A stretch of 64,000 nucleotides of DNA from an uncultured Bacilli bacterium (GCA_944327845.1 CALVHN010000003.1:69411-133410), one strand, 5' to 3'. Counted from the first letter of the stretch, positions 1-10,840 are shown. Notes: a model not told the origin generated them from the sequence alone. Numbers and translations are program-made.

Positions 1-1
1 T

Positions 2-166
2 TTATTAAGAGAACATAATAATGCGAATATGATTGCTTTTGGTGCACATTTTATGAGTTATGAAGAAGTCATAAAAAGAATTGAAATTTTTGTAAATACA
101 AAATTTGCCGGTGAAAGACACGAGATTAGGGTGGATTTTATAAAAAAATACGAAAATAAAAATTAA
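2..166 (+). CDS. rpiB: Ribose-5-phosphate isomerase B (RpiB/LacAB family), C-terminal fragment; 5' end lies outside the window
   Basis: Frame 2 translates as ...NANMIAFGAHFMSYEEVIKRIEIFVNTKFAGERHEIRVDFIKKYENKN*. The GxRH..R.D.I motif is typical of the RpiB C-terminus. Stop codon at 164-166. Confidence 0.55.
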   Translation, partial: LLREHNNANMIAFGAHFMSYEEVIKRIEIFVNTKFAGERHEIRVDFIKKYENKN

Positions 167-216
167 TTTGGGAATTTTATTTATCTTCTTGCATCTTGTT
201 ATATGAAAGGATGTAG

Positions 217-1371
217 ATTATAAAATGTGAATTATGTGGAAATGAAGATCCTCTTTATTTTGCTAAACATAAAGATGGAACAACCTATTGTCGAAAATGT
301 GTTTCATTTATTGGAGAAAGAGTAAAAGAGGGTGATTTTGATTTCCATAACGACATTAAAATAGACATTAATTATTCTTTAACCACAGAACAGTTAAGAG
401 TTTCAAAAAGAATTCTTGAAAATTATAAAAATAAAATTAATACCTTGGTCTATGCGGTTTGTGGTGCAGGTAAAACAGAACTAGTTTTTGAAGTAATCAA
501 TTATGCATTGCATAATAAACAAAAGGTTGGATTTGCTGTTCCAAGAAGAGATGTAGTTATTGAGTTAGCGAATCGTTTTAAAAATACTTTTAAAGAAGCA
601 AAAGTTATTTCTTTATATGGTGGTAATACAAAAGAAATTGATGGTGAAATCATATGTTTAACGACACATCAACTGTATAGATATTCATCTTTTTTTGATT
701 TATTAATCTTAGATGAAATAGACGCATTTCCTTTTTATAAAAACGAGGTTCTTGAAGCACTTTTTAAAAGAAGCATTAAAGGAAATTTTATTAAAATGAG
801 TGCTACACCAGATAAAAAAACACTGGATGATTTTAAAAAAGAGGGCTATGATGTTGTAACTTTATTTATAAGATATCATAATAAACCAATACCTGTTCCA
901 GTTGTAAAAGTGAGATTTTGGATTTTTAAGTATTTATTTTTAATTGCAAAATTAAAAAAATTCATCAAAGAAAATAAGCCTTGTTTAATTTTTGTTCCTA
1001 CAATTGAAGAGTCTGAAAATCTCTATTGTTTTTTAAATATCTTTGCAAAAGGTGGATATTTTGTTAATTCAAAAATAAAAAATAGATCTAAAATTATTGA
1101 AGATTTTAGAAATAATAAATATAAATACTTAGTTACTACAGCAATTTTAGAAAGAGGAGTTACTTTAAAAAACCTTCAAGTTATTATATTTAACGCCGAT
1201 AATTCGATATATAACGAGAATAGTTTAATTCAAATTTCAGGAAGAGTAGGTAGAAAGATTGGCTATGAATCTGGGGAAGTTATTTTTATTGTTCAAAAAA
1301 ATACAAAATTTATTAAAACAGCAATCAGTACAATCAGAGAAGCAAATAAACATTTGCAAGGTCTGCTTTAA
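217..1371 (+). CDS. comFA: Competence protein ComFA (DEAD/DEAH helicase-like ATPase) with an N-terminal CxxC...CxxC zinc finger
   Basis: Walker A GAGKTE and a DEID box are present. The in-frame extension upstream of the tool's TTG at 445 encodes IIKCELCGNEDPLYFAKHKDGTTYCRKC. Exact start is uncertain: ATT at 217 or ATA at 220, following AAAGGA. Confidence 0.75.
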   Translation: MIKCELCGNEDPLYFAKHKDGTTYCRKCVSFIGERVKEGDFDFHNDIKIDINYSLTTEQLRVSKRILENYKNKINTLVYAVCGAGKTELVFEVINYALHNKQKVGFAVPRRDVVIELANRFKNTFKEAKVISLYGGNTKEIDGEIICLTTHQLYRYSSFFDLLILDEIDAFPFYKNEVLEALFKRSIKGNFIKMSATPDKKTLDDFKKEGYDVVTLFIRYHNKPIPVPVVKVRFWIFKYLFLIAKLKKFIKENKPCLIFVPTIEESENLYCFLNIFAKGGYFVNSKIKNRSKIIEDFRNNKYKYLVTTAILERGVTLKNLQVIIFNADNSIYNENSLIQISGRVGRKIGYESGEVIFIVQKNTKFIKTAISTIREANKHLQGLL

Positions 1372-2008
1372 AGAAATCAAAATAAATTCTTTACATTCTT
1401 TTAATCGATCTGAATTGTTCATCTGTAATAATTGTTTGAAACAAATGAATCCAATATTTTATTCTTTTGAATTAGAAGGAATTAGAGGATTAGCAATTTA
1501 TGAATATACTGATGTGATTAAAGATAAATTATTTCTATTTAAAGGCTGTAAAGATTATGTTTTAAAAGACGTTTTCATTAACCCATTTAAATCAGAGCTT
1601 TCCTTACTCTATAAAAAATACATTTTAATTCCTGCGCCTTCATTTTTAGGAAGGCTTAATGAGAAAGGGTTTAATCATGTAATATCAATGTTTGAATGTT
1701 TAAATTTAAAAATTATTGACGTGTTTATAAAAACAAAAAATATTAAGCAGGCTAATCTTTCTTATAAAGAAAGAAAAAAAGTTTCAGAAATAATTGAATA
1801 TAAAAAAGATTTTAACTTATTTGAATTAAATAATAAAAAGATTTGTTTAATTGATGACGTATGTACAACAGGTTCCACATTAAAAGCGTGTATAAATTTA
1901 CTTAAAAAAGCGAATCCAAAAGAAATAAAAATATTAGTAATGGCAAAACGAATTTTATCAAAAGATGAGAAAGAATTAATGAGTGATTCCATTGAAATTA
2001 TTGGATAG
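1265..2008 (+). CDS. comFC: ComF operon protein C (phosphoribosyltransferase-domain competence protein)
   Basis: N-terminal double CxxC (CKVC...CNNC) and C-terminal PRTase motif LIDDVCTTGST. Overlaps the comFA 3' end; start codon choice is uncertain. Confidence 0.75.
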   Translation: MNLGKLFLLFKKIQNLLKQQSVQSEKQINICKVCFKEIKINSLHSFNRSELFICNNCLKQMNPIFYSFELEGIRGLAIYEYTDVIKDKLFLFKGCKDYVLKDVFINPFKSELSLLYKKYILIPAPSFLGRLNEKGFNHVISMFECLNLKIIDVFIKTKNIKQANLSYKERKKVSEIIEYKKDFNLFELNNKKICLIDDVCTTGSTLKACINLLKKANPKEIKILVMAKRILSKDEKELMSDSIEIIG

Positions 2009-2027
2009 AATAAGGCCATTTGAAAAG

Positions 2028-2056
2028 TTGAAGAGAACGGCCATTAGTGATATAAT
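2028..2056 (+). promoter_or_regulatory. Sigma-A-like promoter for secA: TTGAAG, 17-nt spacer, TATAAT, with TGn extended -10
   Basis: TTGAAG at 2028-2033 and TATAAT at 2051-2056 give an exact 17-nt spacer. GAGGA RBS lies 10 nt before the ATG at 2087. Confidence 0.5.
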
Positions 2057-2086
2057 TTTTATGCATTTTTTGAGGATAGTAAATTT

Positions 2087-4684
2087 ATGAGCAATGTTAT
2101 TAACAAAATATTTAGAATTGATCAAAGAATTTTAAAAAAATATGAAAAACAAGCCAAAAAAGTAGAAAGTTTTGCTGCAAAAATGGCAGATTTAACGGAT
2201 GATCAACTAAGAGAAAAAACAAAAGAATTTAAAGATAGGTTAAAAAATGGAGAAACTTTAGACGATATTAAGTATGAAGCTTTTGCGGTTGTTCGTGAAA
2301 CTGCAAAAAGAGTACTTGGTATGTATCCTTTCCATGTTCAAATTATTGGAGCTTTAGTTTTACATGATGGCGATATTGCTGAAATGAAAACTGGTGAAGG
2401 TAAAACCTTAACTGAAACAATGCCTGTTTATTTGAATGCTTTAGAAGGCAAAGGTGTCCATGTTGTTACTGTTAACGAATATCTTGCTCAAAGAGACGCT
2501 AATGAAATGGGCCAAGTTTTTAGATTTTTAGGATTAACAGTTGGCGTTAACCTTCATAAGTTAAATAGTGAAGAAAAGAAAAAAGCCCATCTTTGTGATA
2601 TTACTTATACAATCAACTCTGAATTAGGCTTTGATTATTTAAGAGATAATATGGCTCCTACTGTAGGTCAAAGAGTTTTAAGAGGGTTAAACTACGTAAT
2701 TGTTGATGAAGCTGATAGTGTTTTAATTGATGAATCAAGAACACCTTTAATTATTTCAGGTGGTTCTAAAGCAAGTGCTTCTCAATATAATGTTGCAGAC
2801 AGATTTGTTAAGATGCTTCGACCTTCAAAATATGTAGATGAAGAGTTTAAAAGAAAACATCCGGACTATGTTCCAGACGGTGATTTTGAAGTTGATATAA
2901 AAACAAAATCTTGTAATTTAACTGATAAAGGTGTTGATAAAGCAGAAAAAATGTTTGGGATTAGCAACCTTTATGCTCCACAATACCAAGATTTAGTACA
3001 TAGAATTCACCAAGCTTTAAAAGCTAATTATATTATGACAAGAGATGTTGAATATTTAGTAGACCAAAATAATGAAATTCAACTTATCGATCAATTTACA
3101 GGACGTGTCTTAAAAGGAAGAGAATATAGTGATGGTTTACAACAAGCTATTCAAGCTAAAGAAGGTGTTAAAATTAAAGAAGAAACTGTCACATTAGCTA
3201 CAATTACTTATCAAAACTTCTTTAGATTATTTAAAAAGCTTTCTGGTATGACTGGTACAGCAAAGACAGAAGAAGAAGAATTTGAAAAAATTTACAATAT
3301 GAAAGTTGTCTCCATTCCTACAAATAAGCCTGTTATTCGTAAGGATGCAACAGATTATGTTTTTGCAACTAAAATTGCAAAAATTAAAGCTCTTGTTAAA
3401 GAAGTTAAAGAAAGAAATGAAATTGGACAACCTATTTTGATTGGTACACCTTCAGTTGAAGCTAGTGAAGAGGTTGCTAGATATTTAGATGAAGCAGGTT
3501 TGAAATATGAAATGCTTAATGCTAAAAACCACGCACGTGAAGCAGAAATAATTTCTCATTCAGGTGAATATAAACATATTACTCTTGCAACTAATATGGC
3601 TGGTAGAGGAACTGATATTAAATTAACTGAACAAACTAGAGCATTAGGTGGATTATGTGTCTTTGGTTTAGAACGTCACGAATCAAGACGTATTGATAAC
3701 CAACTTCGTGGACGTAGTGGAAGACAAGGAGATCCTGGATTTTCTAGATTTTATGTATCCCTTGATGATGAATTAATGGTAAGATTTGCAAGCGATAGTT
3801 TAAGAAAAAGATTTGCTGCTTATGGTGATGAAGCAATCGAATCAAGGATGCTAAGTACAGCTATAACTAGCGCACAAAAAAGAATTGAAGGACAAAACTT
3901 TGATGTTAGAAAAAATCTTTTAGATTATGATGATGTTTTAAGTAAACAAAGACAAATTATGTATGCAAAAAGAGATCAAATTCTCTTTGCAGACAGCATT
4001 GATAGTTTGTTAAGTGATACATTTAGTGATTGCGGATTAGCTTTAACAAAAAGAGCTATTAAACAAAACTCACCTGATAAAACAATTGATGGCGTTGAAT
4101 TAGTTAAACTTTTAGTTCCACGTTTCCTTCCTGAAGGTATTGTAAAACCTTCTTTATATGATGAAGCTGTTCCTGAAGAAGCTGGGGAAGATTTAGCTGA
4201 AGTTTTATATGAAACTTATTTAAATAAGAAGAAAATGTATGATGAAGATCAAGTTAATCGTGTAGAAAGACAAATTACTTTAAGATGTATCGATAGAAAC
4301 TGGACACAACAAATTGATAATATGAATCGTTTTAGAGAATCTGTTTCTTTAAGAGGATATGCACAAACCAATCCTTTACAAGATTATGTTAATGAAGGCT
4401 GGGCTATGTTTAGAGAAATGTTAGAGGTTATTTCTTTAGAGGTTGTTTTAAATTTAATGAATATAAAATTTGAAGAAAGAAAACAAGAAAAAGCTGGTTT
4501 TACCATAAATGTAGCTCCAACTAATAATGATAATAATGTTTCTACTAATGACAAAAATAGTGAAAATAATTCACCAGTTGTAAATGTAGTTAATACAGAC
4601 AAAGCATCATTAAATATTTCTAATATTGATAAAGGTAAAGAAGCTGCACCAGAATATGAACATGATGATATTCATACAAATTAG
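2087..4684 (+). CDS. secA: Preprotein translocase ATPase SecA; its N/D/S-rich C-terminal tail lacks the usual zinc-binding motif
   Basis: Full-length SecA motifs: MKTGEGKT, DEADSVLIDE, and the PF07517/PF01043-like regions. Confidence 0.95.
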   Translation: MSNVINKIFRIDQRILKKYEKQAKKVESFAAKMADLTDDQLREKTKEFKDRLKNGETLDDIKYEAFAVVRETAKRVLGMYPFHVQIIGALVLHDGDIAEMKTGEGKTLTETMPVYLNALEGKGVHVVTVNEYLAQRDANEMGQVFRFLGLTVGVNLHKLNSEEKKKAHLCDITYTINSELGFDYLRDNMAPTVGQRVLRGLNYVIVDEADSVLIDESRTPLIISGGSKASASQYNVADRFVKMLRPSKYVDEEFKRKHPDYVPDGDFEVDIKTKSCNLTDKGVDKAEKMFGISNLYAPQYQDLVHRIHQALKANYIMTRDVEYLVDQNNEIQLIDQFTGRVLKGREYSDGLQQAIQAKEGVKIKEETVTLATITYQNFFRLFKKLSGMTGTAKTEEEEFEKIYNMKVVSIPTNKPVIRKDATDYVFATKIAKIKALVKEVKERNEIGQPILIGTPSVEASEEVARYLDEAGLKYEMLNAKNHAREAEIISHSGEYKHITLATNMAGRGTDIKLTEQTRALGGLCVFGLERHESRRIDNQLRGRSGRQGDPGFSRFYVSLDDELMVRFASDSLRKRFAAYGDEAIESRMLSTAITSAQKRIEGQNFDVRKNLLDYDDVLSKQRQIMYAKRDQILFADSIDSLLSDTFSDCGLALTKRAIKQNSPDKTIDGVELVKLLVPRFLPEGIVKPSLYDEAVPEEAGEDLAEVLYETYLNKKKMYDEDQVNRVERQITLRCIDRNWTQQIDNMNRFRESVSLRGYAQTNPLQDYVNEGWAMFREMLEVISLEVVLNLMNIKFEERKQEKAGFTINVAPTNNDNNVSTNDKNSENNSPVVNVVNTDKASLNISNIDKGKEAAPEYEHDDIHTN

Positions 4685-4695
4685 GAAAAATTAAA

Positions 4696-5815
4696 ATGGA
4701 ATATTATTTATTGAAGGAAGGATTAAATGAGGCTTTAGTAACATTAAAAAAGCTCGGTGATTCTCTTTGACTTGTCCACTATTGAAAATTCAATTGATGA
4801 ACTTGAAAAAGAAATAAATTCAAATAATTTTTGGAACAATCAAAGAAGAGCAAACAAGATAATTCAAAAGAAAAATTTACTAGTAAATAAGCTTGATACC
4901 TATATTAAATTAGACAAATCATTTAAAGAACTATACTCGTTTTTTTGTGAAACGAATCCAGCTGATATTGATATTTTAGCTTTAATTAGTGAGGAATTTG
5001 AAAAAAATAATCAACTTTTAAATAAATTTAAAGTTGAAGTTTTATTCTCTGGGGAATATGACTCATTTGATTGTATTCTTGAAATACATCCTGGAGCAGG
5101 AGGAACTGAGGCATGTGATTGGGGACAAATGCTTTTAAGAATGTATGAAAGATTTTGTCAAATTGAAGGGTTCAAATTTTACGTTATTGATTATTTAGAA
5201 GGAGAAGAGGCTGGGTTAAAATCTGTTACAGCTATAATAAGTGGTAATAACGCTTATGGTATGCTTAAAAGTGAGAAAGGAGTTCATAGATTAGTTAGAA
5301 TCTCTCCTTTTGATGCTAACTCTAGAAGACATACATCTTTTGCAAGTGTTAATATAACTCCTCAATTTTCTGATGATATTAATATTGAAATAAAAGAAGA
5401 TGATTTACAAGTCGACACTTATCGTAGTGGCGGAGCTGGCGGACAAAACGTTAATAAAGTTGAAACTGCTGTTCGAATAACGCATATTCCTACTGGAATT
5501 GTTGTATCTTCTCAAATTGAAAGAAGCCAATTGAGAAATAAAGAAATTGCTTTAAATATGTTAAAATCTAAACTATACAACCTTGAGCTGGAAAAGAAAA
5601 ATGAAAAATTAAAGGGTGTAATAGGCACTCAAAAAAATATTGAGTGGGGATCACAAATTAGATCTTATGTATTTTGTCCTTATACTTTAGTTAAAGATAA
5701 TCGAACAAATTATTCTGAAACTAACATAGAAAAAGTCATGGATGGAAATATAAAAGGTTTCATCTACAGTTATTTAGAGGAGAGCAGTAAGAAAAATGAT
5801 ATTAAACAAGATTAA
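4696..5815 (+). CDS. prfB: Peptide chain release factor 2, expressed through a programmed +1 ribosomal frameshift
   Basis: ORF0 is [24 protein letters not shown], ending at CTT TGA C (4765-4771). The +1 frame continues into the RF2 body with the SPF and GGQ motifs ([12 protein letters not shown]). Confidence 0.9.
4765..4771 (+). other. RF2 autoregulatory +1 frameshift site CTT-TGA-C
   Basis: Canonical CUU UGA C heptamer, in frame with the ATG at 4696; the downstream frame carries the RF2 body. Confidence 0.85.
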
Positions 5816-6872
5816 AAACGAAAAAACTAAGAATATTTTAAAAAGAATATATCATTTATTATTAGTTCTTATAGGAACTTTTATACTTGCTTTTGCGAAC
5901 GCTTTTTTTCTAGTTCCTTTTAATATTATTAGTGGTGGAATAAGTGGTATTGGTATTATATTTTCTGAACTTGGAATATTAACAGTTGATATTTGGCAAT
6001 ATATTCTTTGCTGGGGCCTCTTTTTAATTGGTTCTTTGATTCTAGGATTTAAATTCACATTAAATACCCTATTATCAACTATATTTTATCCAATTTTTCT
6101 TTCAATTCTTGTAAGAACACCTGTTGGAACTAATTTAGTAGATTTACTTTATGGACAAGAAGGGGTTACACAAATTATTGAAGGCGTTTTAACTATCAAT
6201 GCTGAACCTTTAAACGACGCAGGGAGATTACTTATTATTTCTTTATTTGGTGGAAGCTTAGTTGGCTTAGGATGTGGAATTACTTTTATTGGTGGTGGTT
6301 CAACAGGCGGAGTTGATATAATTTCGTTCATTATTAATAAATATACAAGTTTTTCTATTTCAGCTTGTACTTTTATAATTGATGCAATTGTAGTTGTTGT
6401 AGGTTTAATTCTTGACTTATGTATGCCTGGAGAATTCGGAGAAACTAGTAGCTTGTTCTTGGCTGGTTTAGTTGGTATTATCTCAGCTTTTGTTTGTTCG
6501 TTTGCTATTGATAAAGTTTATACAACATCTAATAAATCTTATATTTGTGACATTATTACTGATAAACCAAACGAAATTACCGAATATGTTAATAGAGAAT
6601 TAGATCGTTCTACTACAATTTTTACAGTTGTTGGTGGTTATACAAAACAAGAAAAAACAATGGTTAGAATAGTTTTTTCTAGAAGAGAATATATTAAAGT
6701 TAAGGATTTTATTGCAGAGATTGATCCTAATGCTTTTGTTACTTATACTCAAAGTCAATTTGTACATGGGGAAGGATTTAAAAAAAGTGAATCATCTAAA
6801 ACAAATTCATTAACTGAAGTCAAAAAATTAATAAATAAAATTAAGAATAGAAAAGAAAAAGATGGGAAATAA
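5796..6872 (+). CDS. YitT-family membrane protein (DUF161 plus C-terminal DUF2179)
   Basis: Multi-TM N-terminal region with GG-rich loops and a soluble C-terminal domain, typical of YitT/YpjC-like proteins. Overlaps the prfB stop. Confidence 0.5.
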   Translation: MILNKIKNEKTKNILKRIYHLLLVLIGTFILAFANAFFLVPFNIISGGISGIGIIFSELGILTVDIWQYILCWGLFLIGSLILGFKFTLNTLLSTIFYPIFLSILVRTPVGTNLVDLLYGQEGVTQIIEGVLTINAEPLNDAGRLLIISLFGGSLVGLGCGITFIGGGSTGGVDIISFIINKYTSFSISACTFIIDAIVVVVGLILDLCMPGEFGETSSLFLAGLVGIISAFVCSFAIDKVYTTSNKSYICDIITDKPNEITEYVNRELDRSTTIFTVVGGYTKQEKTMVRIVFSRREYIKVKDFIAEIDPNAFVTYTQSQFVHGEGFKKSESSKTNSLTEVKKLINKIKNRKEKDGK

Positions 6873-8838
6873 TAATTTATTTAAAATTGAAAGTCCATTT
6901 AAATTAACTGGTGACCAACCTAAAGCGGTTGAAAAATTAGTTCAAGGTGTAAAAGAAGGGAAAAAATGGCAAGTATTATTAGGTGCTACTGGAACAGGTA
7001 AAACTTTTACAATGGCAAACGTAATAGAGCAGACACAAAAGCCAACTTTAATACTTGTACATAATAAAACATTAGCCGGACAGCTTTTCGCTGAAATGAA
7101 AGAACTTTTTCCACACAATCGTGTTGAATATTTTGTTTCAAATTTCGATTTTTATCAGCCAGAAGCTTATATTCCAAAATCTGATACTTATATCGATAAA
7201 ACAGCTTTAATGAATGAAGAAATTGAAATGATGAGAGTTAGTGCAATAAATTCAGTTGTTTCAAGGAGGGATACAATAATTGTTGCTTCGGTTGCGTCGA
7301 TTTATGGATTAACCGATCCAGATGAATATAAAAAATTGATTTTTGATTTGCGTGTTGATGATGAAATAAACAGAAAAGAATTATTTAAAAAATTAATTGA
7401 CTCTCAATACACAAGAAATGACATCGAGCTTACGCCAGGTTGTTTTAGAGTAAGAGGAGATATAGTTGATATAATGCCTCCTGAAAGTAAAGATTGGTAT
7501 ATTCGTATATCTTCATTTGGAGATATGGTAGAAGAAATCTCAAAAGTTAATTATTTAACCGGAGAAGTTATTGAAAAATATAAAGAATATTCAATGTTTC
7601 CAGCATATGACCACGCTTCAACAAAAGAAACAATCGAAAAGGCTTGTGAAAGCATTCTAAGTGAGCTTGAAACAAGAATTAAATTTTACAATGATGAAAA
7701 GAAACCTTTAGAAGCGGAAAGAATTGAAATGAGAACACGTCAAGACGTGGAAAGCTTGAAAGAATTTGGAATGTGTCATGGAATTGAAAATTATTCAAGG
7801 CATATTGATGGAAGAAAACCGGGCGAGAAATGTTTTTGTTTAATGGATTATTTTCCAAAAGATTATCTTTTAATTGTTGATGAATCACATGTAACTCTTC
7901 CTCAAATTAGAGGCATGTATAATGGAGATCGTTCAAGAAAAGAGGTTTTAGTTGAATATGGATTTCGTTTACCTAGTGCTCTAGATAATAGGCCTTTAAA
8001 TTTTAATGAATTTGAACAAGAAATTAATCAAATTATTTGTACTAGTGCAACCCCAGGTGATTATGAAATAGAGAAGGCTAACGGAATTGCAGCAGAACAA
8101 ATTATTCGTCCTACAGGATTATTAGATCCTGAAATTTTTGTGCGACCATCTTTAGGACAAATTGATGATATTATTTTCGAAATTAAAGAAGCAATAAAAA
8201 GAAATGAGAGGGTAATGATTGTCGCTTTAACAATTAAAATGGCAGAAGATTTGACATCTTATCTTAAAGATAGGGACATTAAGGCGGTTTATTTACATAG
8301 TGAATGTAAAACTTTAGAAAGAAGTGAAATTATTTATCAATTAAGAAAAGGAAAATATGATGTTTTAATTGGTATTAATTTATTAAGAGAAGGTTTGGAT
8401 ATACCTGAAGTAAGCGTTGTTGCAATATTAGATGCAGATAAAGAGGGATTCTTAAGAAGCTCACGAAGTTTAATTCAAGTTGTAGGAAGAGCAGCAAGAA
8501 ACGAACACGGCAAAGCTATTATGTATGCCGATTCAGTTACTGATTCAATGAAATATTGTATCGATGAAACAAATAGAAGAAGAAAAATCCAAAAAGATTA
8601 CAATGATGACAATGGAATAATTCCTCAAACTATTATTAAACCAATAACTCCTCCTATTTCGATAAAAGAAAAAGAAGTTGAAAAGATATCTAAGGGTAAA
8701 TTAACAAAATCTGAACTCGAAAGAAAAATAAAAGAAATTGAAAAAGCTATGAATAAAGCTGCTAAAGAGTTCGATTTTGAAAAAGCAATAGAGTTAAGAG
8801 ATTGTTTATTTGAATTAAAAGAATTACGAGTAAAATAA
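6862..8838 (+). CDS. uvrB: Excinuclease ABC subunit B
   Basis: GATGTGKTF Walker A, helicase motifs and a C-terminal UVR domain (FEKAIELRDCLFELKE). Confidence 0.95.
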   Translation: MGNNNLFKIESPFKLTGDQPKAVEKLVQGVKEGKKWQVLLGATGTGKTFTMANVIEQTQKPTLILVHNKTLAGQLFAEMKELFPHNRVEYFVSNFDFYQPEAYIPKSDTYIDKTALMNEEIEMMRVSAINSVVSRRDTIIVASVASIYGLTDPDEYKKLIFDLRVDDEINRKELFKKLIDSQYTRNDIELTPGCFRVRGDIVDIMPPESKDWYIRISSFGDMVEEISKVNYLTGEVIEKYKEYSMFPAYDHASTKETIEKACESILSELETRIKFYNDEKKPLEAERIEMRTRQDVESLKEFGMCHGIENYSRHIDGRKPGEKCFCLMDYFPKDYLLIVDESHVTLPQIRGMYNGDRSRKEVLVEYGFRLPSALDNRPLNFNEFEQEINQIICTSATPGDYEIEKANGIAAEQIIRPTGLLDPEIFVRPSLGQIDDIIFEIKEAIKRNERVMIVALTIKMAEDLTSYLKDRDIKAVYLHSECKTLERSEIIYQLRKGKYDVLIGINLLREGLDIPEVSVVAILDADKEGFLRSSRSLIQVVGRAARNEHGKAIMYADSVTDSMKYCIDETNRRRKIQKDYNDDNGIIPQTIIKPITPPISIKEKEVEKISKGKLTKSELERKIKEIEKAMNKAAKEFDFEKAIELRDCLFELKELRVK

Positions 8839-8839
8839 T

Positions 8840-9526
8840 CTATTTTTTATCGATTAGTTTTACATCATTTTCTTTTGATTTTGTTTCTGCACTTACATCA
8901 ATAACATTGGATTTTACCTTCTTTTTAGATTTTGTTTTTACTAATGCAGTACTTTTTGTTTGAGATTTTCTTAAAGAAGTTATTGTTAAAATAAATAAAC
9001 AAATACCAACAATTATTAAAATAGTGCCAATAAGAATGTTAATAATTTGAGAAACTCTTTCAAGGAAGCAAACAACTAAAATGCCACCAACAAGAAGTAA
9101 AATTGATAAAATTAAGTAGCCAAAGAATTTCAAAGTTGCCCCTTTATTTATTTTTAAGTTAAGTCCAATGTTAAAGGTTTCTATTAAAAAAATAACTGCA
9201 TAAACAATTAAAAGAATTCCAAAAAATAAAGGAATAAAATCAGTTACTATATTTGGATTTACAATTATTAATATGCTTAGTGATATCATGAATGTTCCAG
9301 AAATTGTATCAATACTTCCTATACCTTTTGAGAAAAGATAAGAAAAAGCAATTGTTAAGAGACCAAATACCAATGCAATAATTGCAACACAATAACTTAT
9401 TGCATTTTGTAAATTTTGATTTCCAGAAAAAATACAAATTATTATTCCAATTATTACAAGAATTAAAGATTCTAAAATCTTGATTGCCTGATAAATTACG
9501 TTAAATTTTTCTTTTGTATTTGCCAT
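8840..9526 (-). CDS. Multi-pass membrane protein, HdeD/DUF308-like, with a K-rich C-terminal tail
   Basis: About six predicted TM helices in a repeated pattern and a lysine-rich tail. Convergent with uvrB with no spacer. Confidence 0.35.
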   Translation of the reverse strand: MANTKEKFNVIYQAIKILESLILVIIGIIICIFSGNQNLQNAISYCVAIIALVFGLLTIAFSYLFSKGIGSIDTISGTFMISLSILIIVNPNIVTDFIPLFFGILLIVYAVIFLIETFNIGLNLKINKGATLKFFGYLILSILLLVGGILVVCFLERVSQIINILIGTILIIVGICLFILTITSLRKSQTKSTALVKTKSKKKVKSNVIDVSAETKSKENDVKLIDKK

Positions 9527-9604
9527 AAATTAATTCTCCTTGTGTTATATTTTAAATTTTTTTATTCGTTTTGTGTATAATATTAAATGTTTTTGAGGTA
9601 AATT

Positions 9605-10834
9605 ATGGAAAAAGAAAAATTAGTAAATTATGCTAAATTAATTGTAAAAACAGGTGTTAATTTAAAACCAAACCAAGATGCATTAATTGTTGGTTCTGTG
9701 GAAATTTATGAGTTTATTAGGATTTTAGTAAAAGAACTTTATGAAGCTGGAGCAAGAAAGGTATTTATTGATTATACGGATGATGATATTTCAAATTTTC
9801 ACTATCAATATCAAAAAGATGAGGCTTTAAAAAAAGTTGAAAACTTTGAATTAGCTAAACAACAATATATAGTAGATAATTTGCCTTGTAGAATCTATTT
9901 GGATTCAGAAGTACCTGATGAAAATATTTCTTTTGATATTAAGAAGTTAGGTGTTTATTCAAAAGCAAGAAAGGAAGCTTTTAAAAAATACCGCGATATT
10001 TATGAATATAAGATTCAATGGTGCATTGCTGGTGTTCCATCTAAAAAATGGGCAAAAAAATTATTTCCGGCTTTAAATGATGAACAAGCAGTTGAAAAGT
10101 TGTGGGAAGAGATTTTAAAAGCAAGCAGATGTTTTGATGGCGATCCATTCAAAAACTGGGAATTACATGATAAAAACCTTGTTAAACACGCAGATTTTTT
10201 AAATAAATTAAATTTAACAAGATTAGAATATAAATCTAAAAATGGCACAGATTTTAAAGTATGGCTTAGTAAAAATGTAAATTGGGAAGCTGGTGGAGAA
10301 TATACACAAGACACAAAAATATATTTTCAACCTAATATTCCAACGGAAGAAGTTTTTACAAGTCCAATAGCAGGAAAATGCGAAGGAGTAGTTGTTGCAA
10401 CAAAACCTCTATCACTTAACAATACTTTAGTTGAAAATTTTAAGGTTTATTTTAAAGATGGAAAGGTTGATAAAATTGAAGCTGAAAAAGGTGAAGAAGC
10501 ATTTGAAGAATTATTTAAATCAGATGAAAGAAGTAGGATGCTTGGAGAATGTGCTTTAGTTCCTTTTTCAAACCCTATTAATAATTCTGGAATTTTATTT
10601 TTTTCTACTTTGTTTGATGAAAATGCCTGTTGTCATTTAGCATTAGGTGATGCATTTAAAAACTTAATTAAGGGTTATGAAACAATGAGTAAAGAAGAAA
10701 TTGATTCTGTTGGATTAAATAATTCTATTAATCACGTAGATTTTATGATTGGTTCTAAGGATTTAACAATTAAAGGATATGATGAAGAAAACAATGAATA
10801 TTTAATTTTTAATAATGGTGAATGGGCAATATAA
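9605..10834 (+). CDS. Aminopeptidase, M29 family (AmpS/PepS-like)
   Basis: The length (409 aa) and conserved segments (CIAGVP, WEAGGEYT, ECALVPF) match the Thermophilic-metalloprotease family. GAGGT RBS. Confidence 0.75.
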   Translation: MEKEKLVNYAKLIVKTGVNLKPNQDALIVGSVEIYEFIRILVKELYEAGARKVFIDYTDDDISNFHYQYQKDEALKKVENFELAKQQYIVDNLPCRIYLDSEVPDENISFDIKKLGVYSKARKEAFKKYRDIYEYKIQWCIAGVPSKKWAKKLFPALNDEQAVEKLWEEILKASRCFDGDPFKNWELHDKNLVKHADFLNKLNLTRLEYKSKNGTDFKVWLSKNVNWEAGGEYTQDTKIYFQPNIPTEEVFTSPIAGKCEGVVVATKPLSLNNTLVENFKVYFKDGKVDKIEAEKGEEAFEELFKSDERSRMLGECALVPFSNPINNSGILFFSTLFDENACCHLALGDAFKNLIKGYETMSKEEIDSVGLNNSINHVDFMIGSKDLTIKGYDEENNEYLIFNNGEWAI

Positions 10835-10840
10835 GTTGAT

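Noticed and set aside
141-160. TACGAAAA resembling a streptococcal ComX cin-box (TACGAATA), upstream of comFA.
   Set aside because: One mismatch, located inside the rpiB coding end about 60 nt from the comFA start, and the organism is not streptococcal. AT-rich sequence generates such octamers by chance.
1237-1422. Numerous 60-130-aa antisense or overlapping ORFs in the six-frame track, for example 1237..1422-, 3227..3430-, 6149..6331-, 10015..10314-, 17302..17511-, 42228..42611-, 47525..47755- and 49130..49384-.
   Set aside because: They lie entirely inside well-supported genes on the other strand or frame. They have no RBS and low-complexity, AT-codon-driven composition (F/L/I/K/N rich). 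These are the expected artefacts of stop-poor antisense frames.
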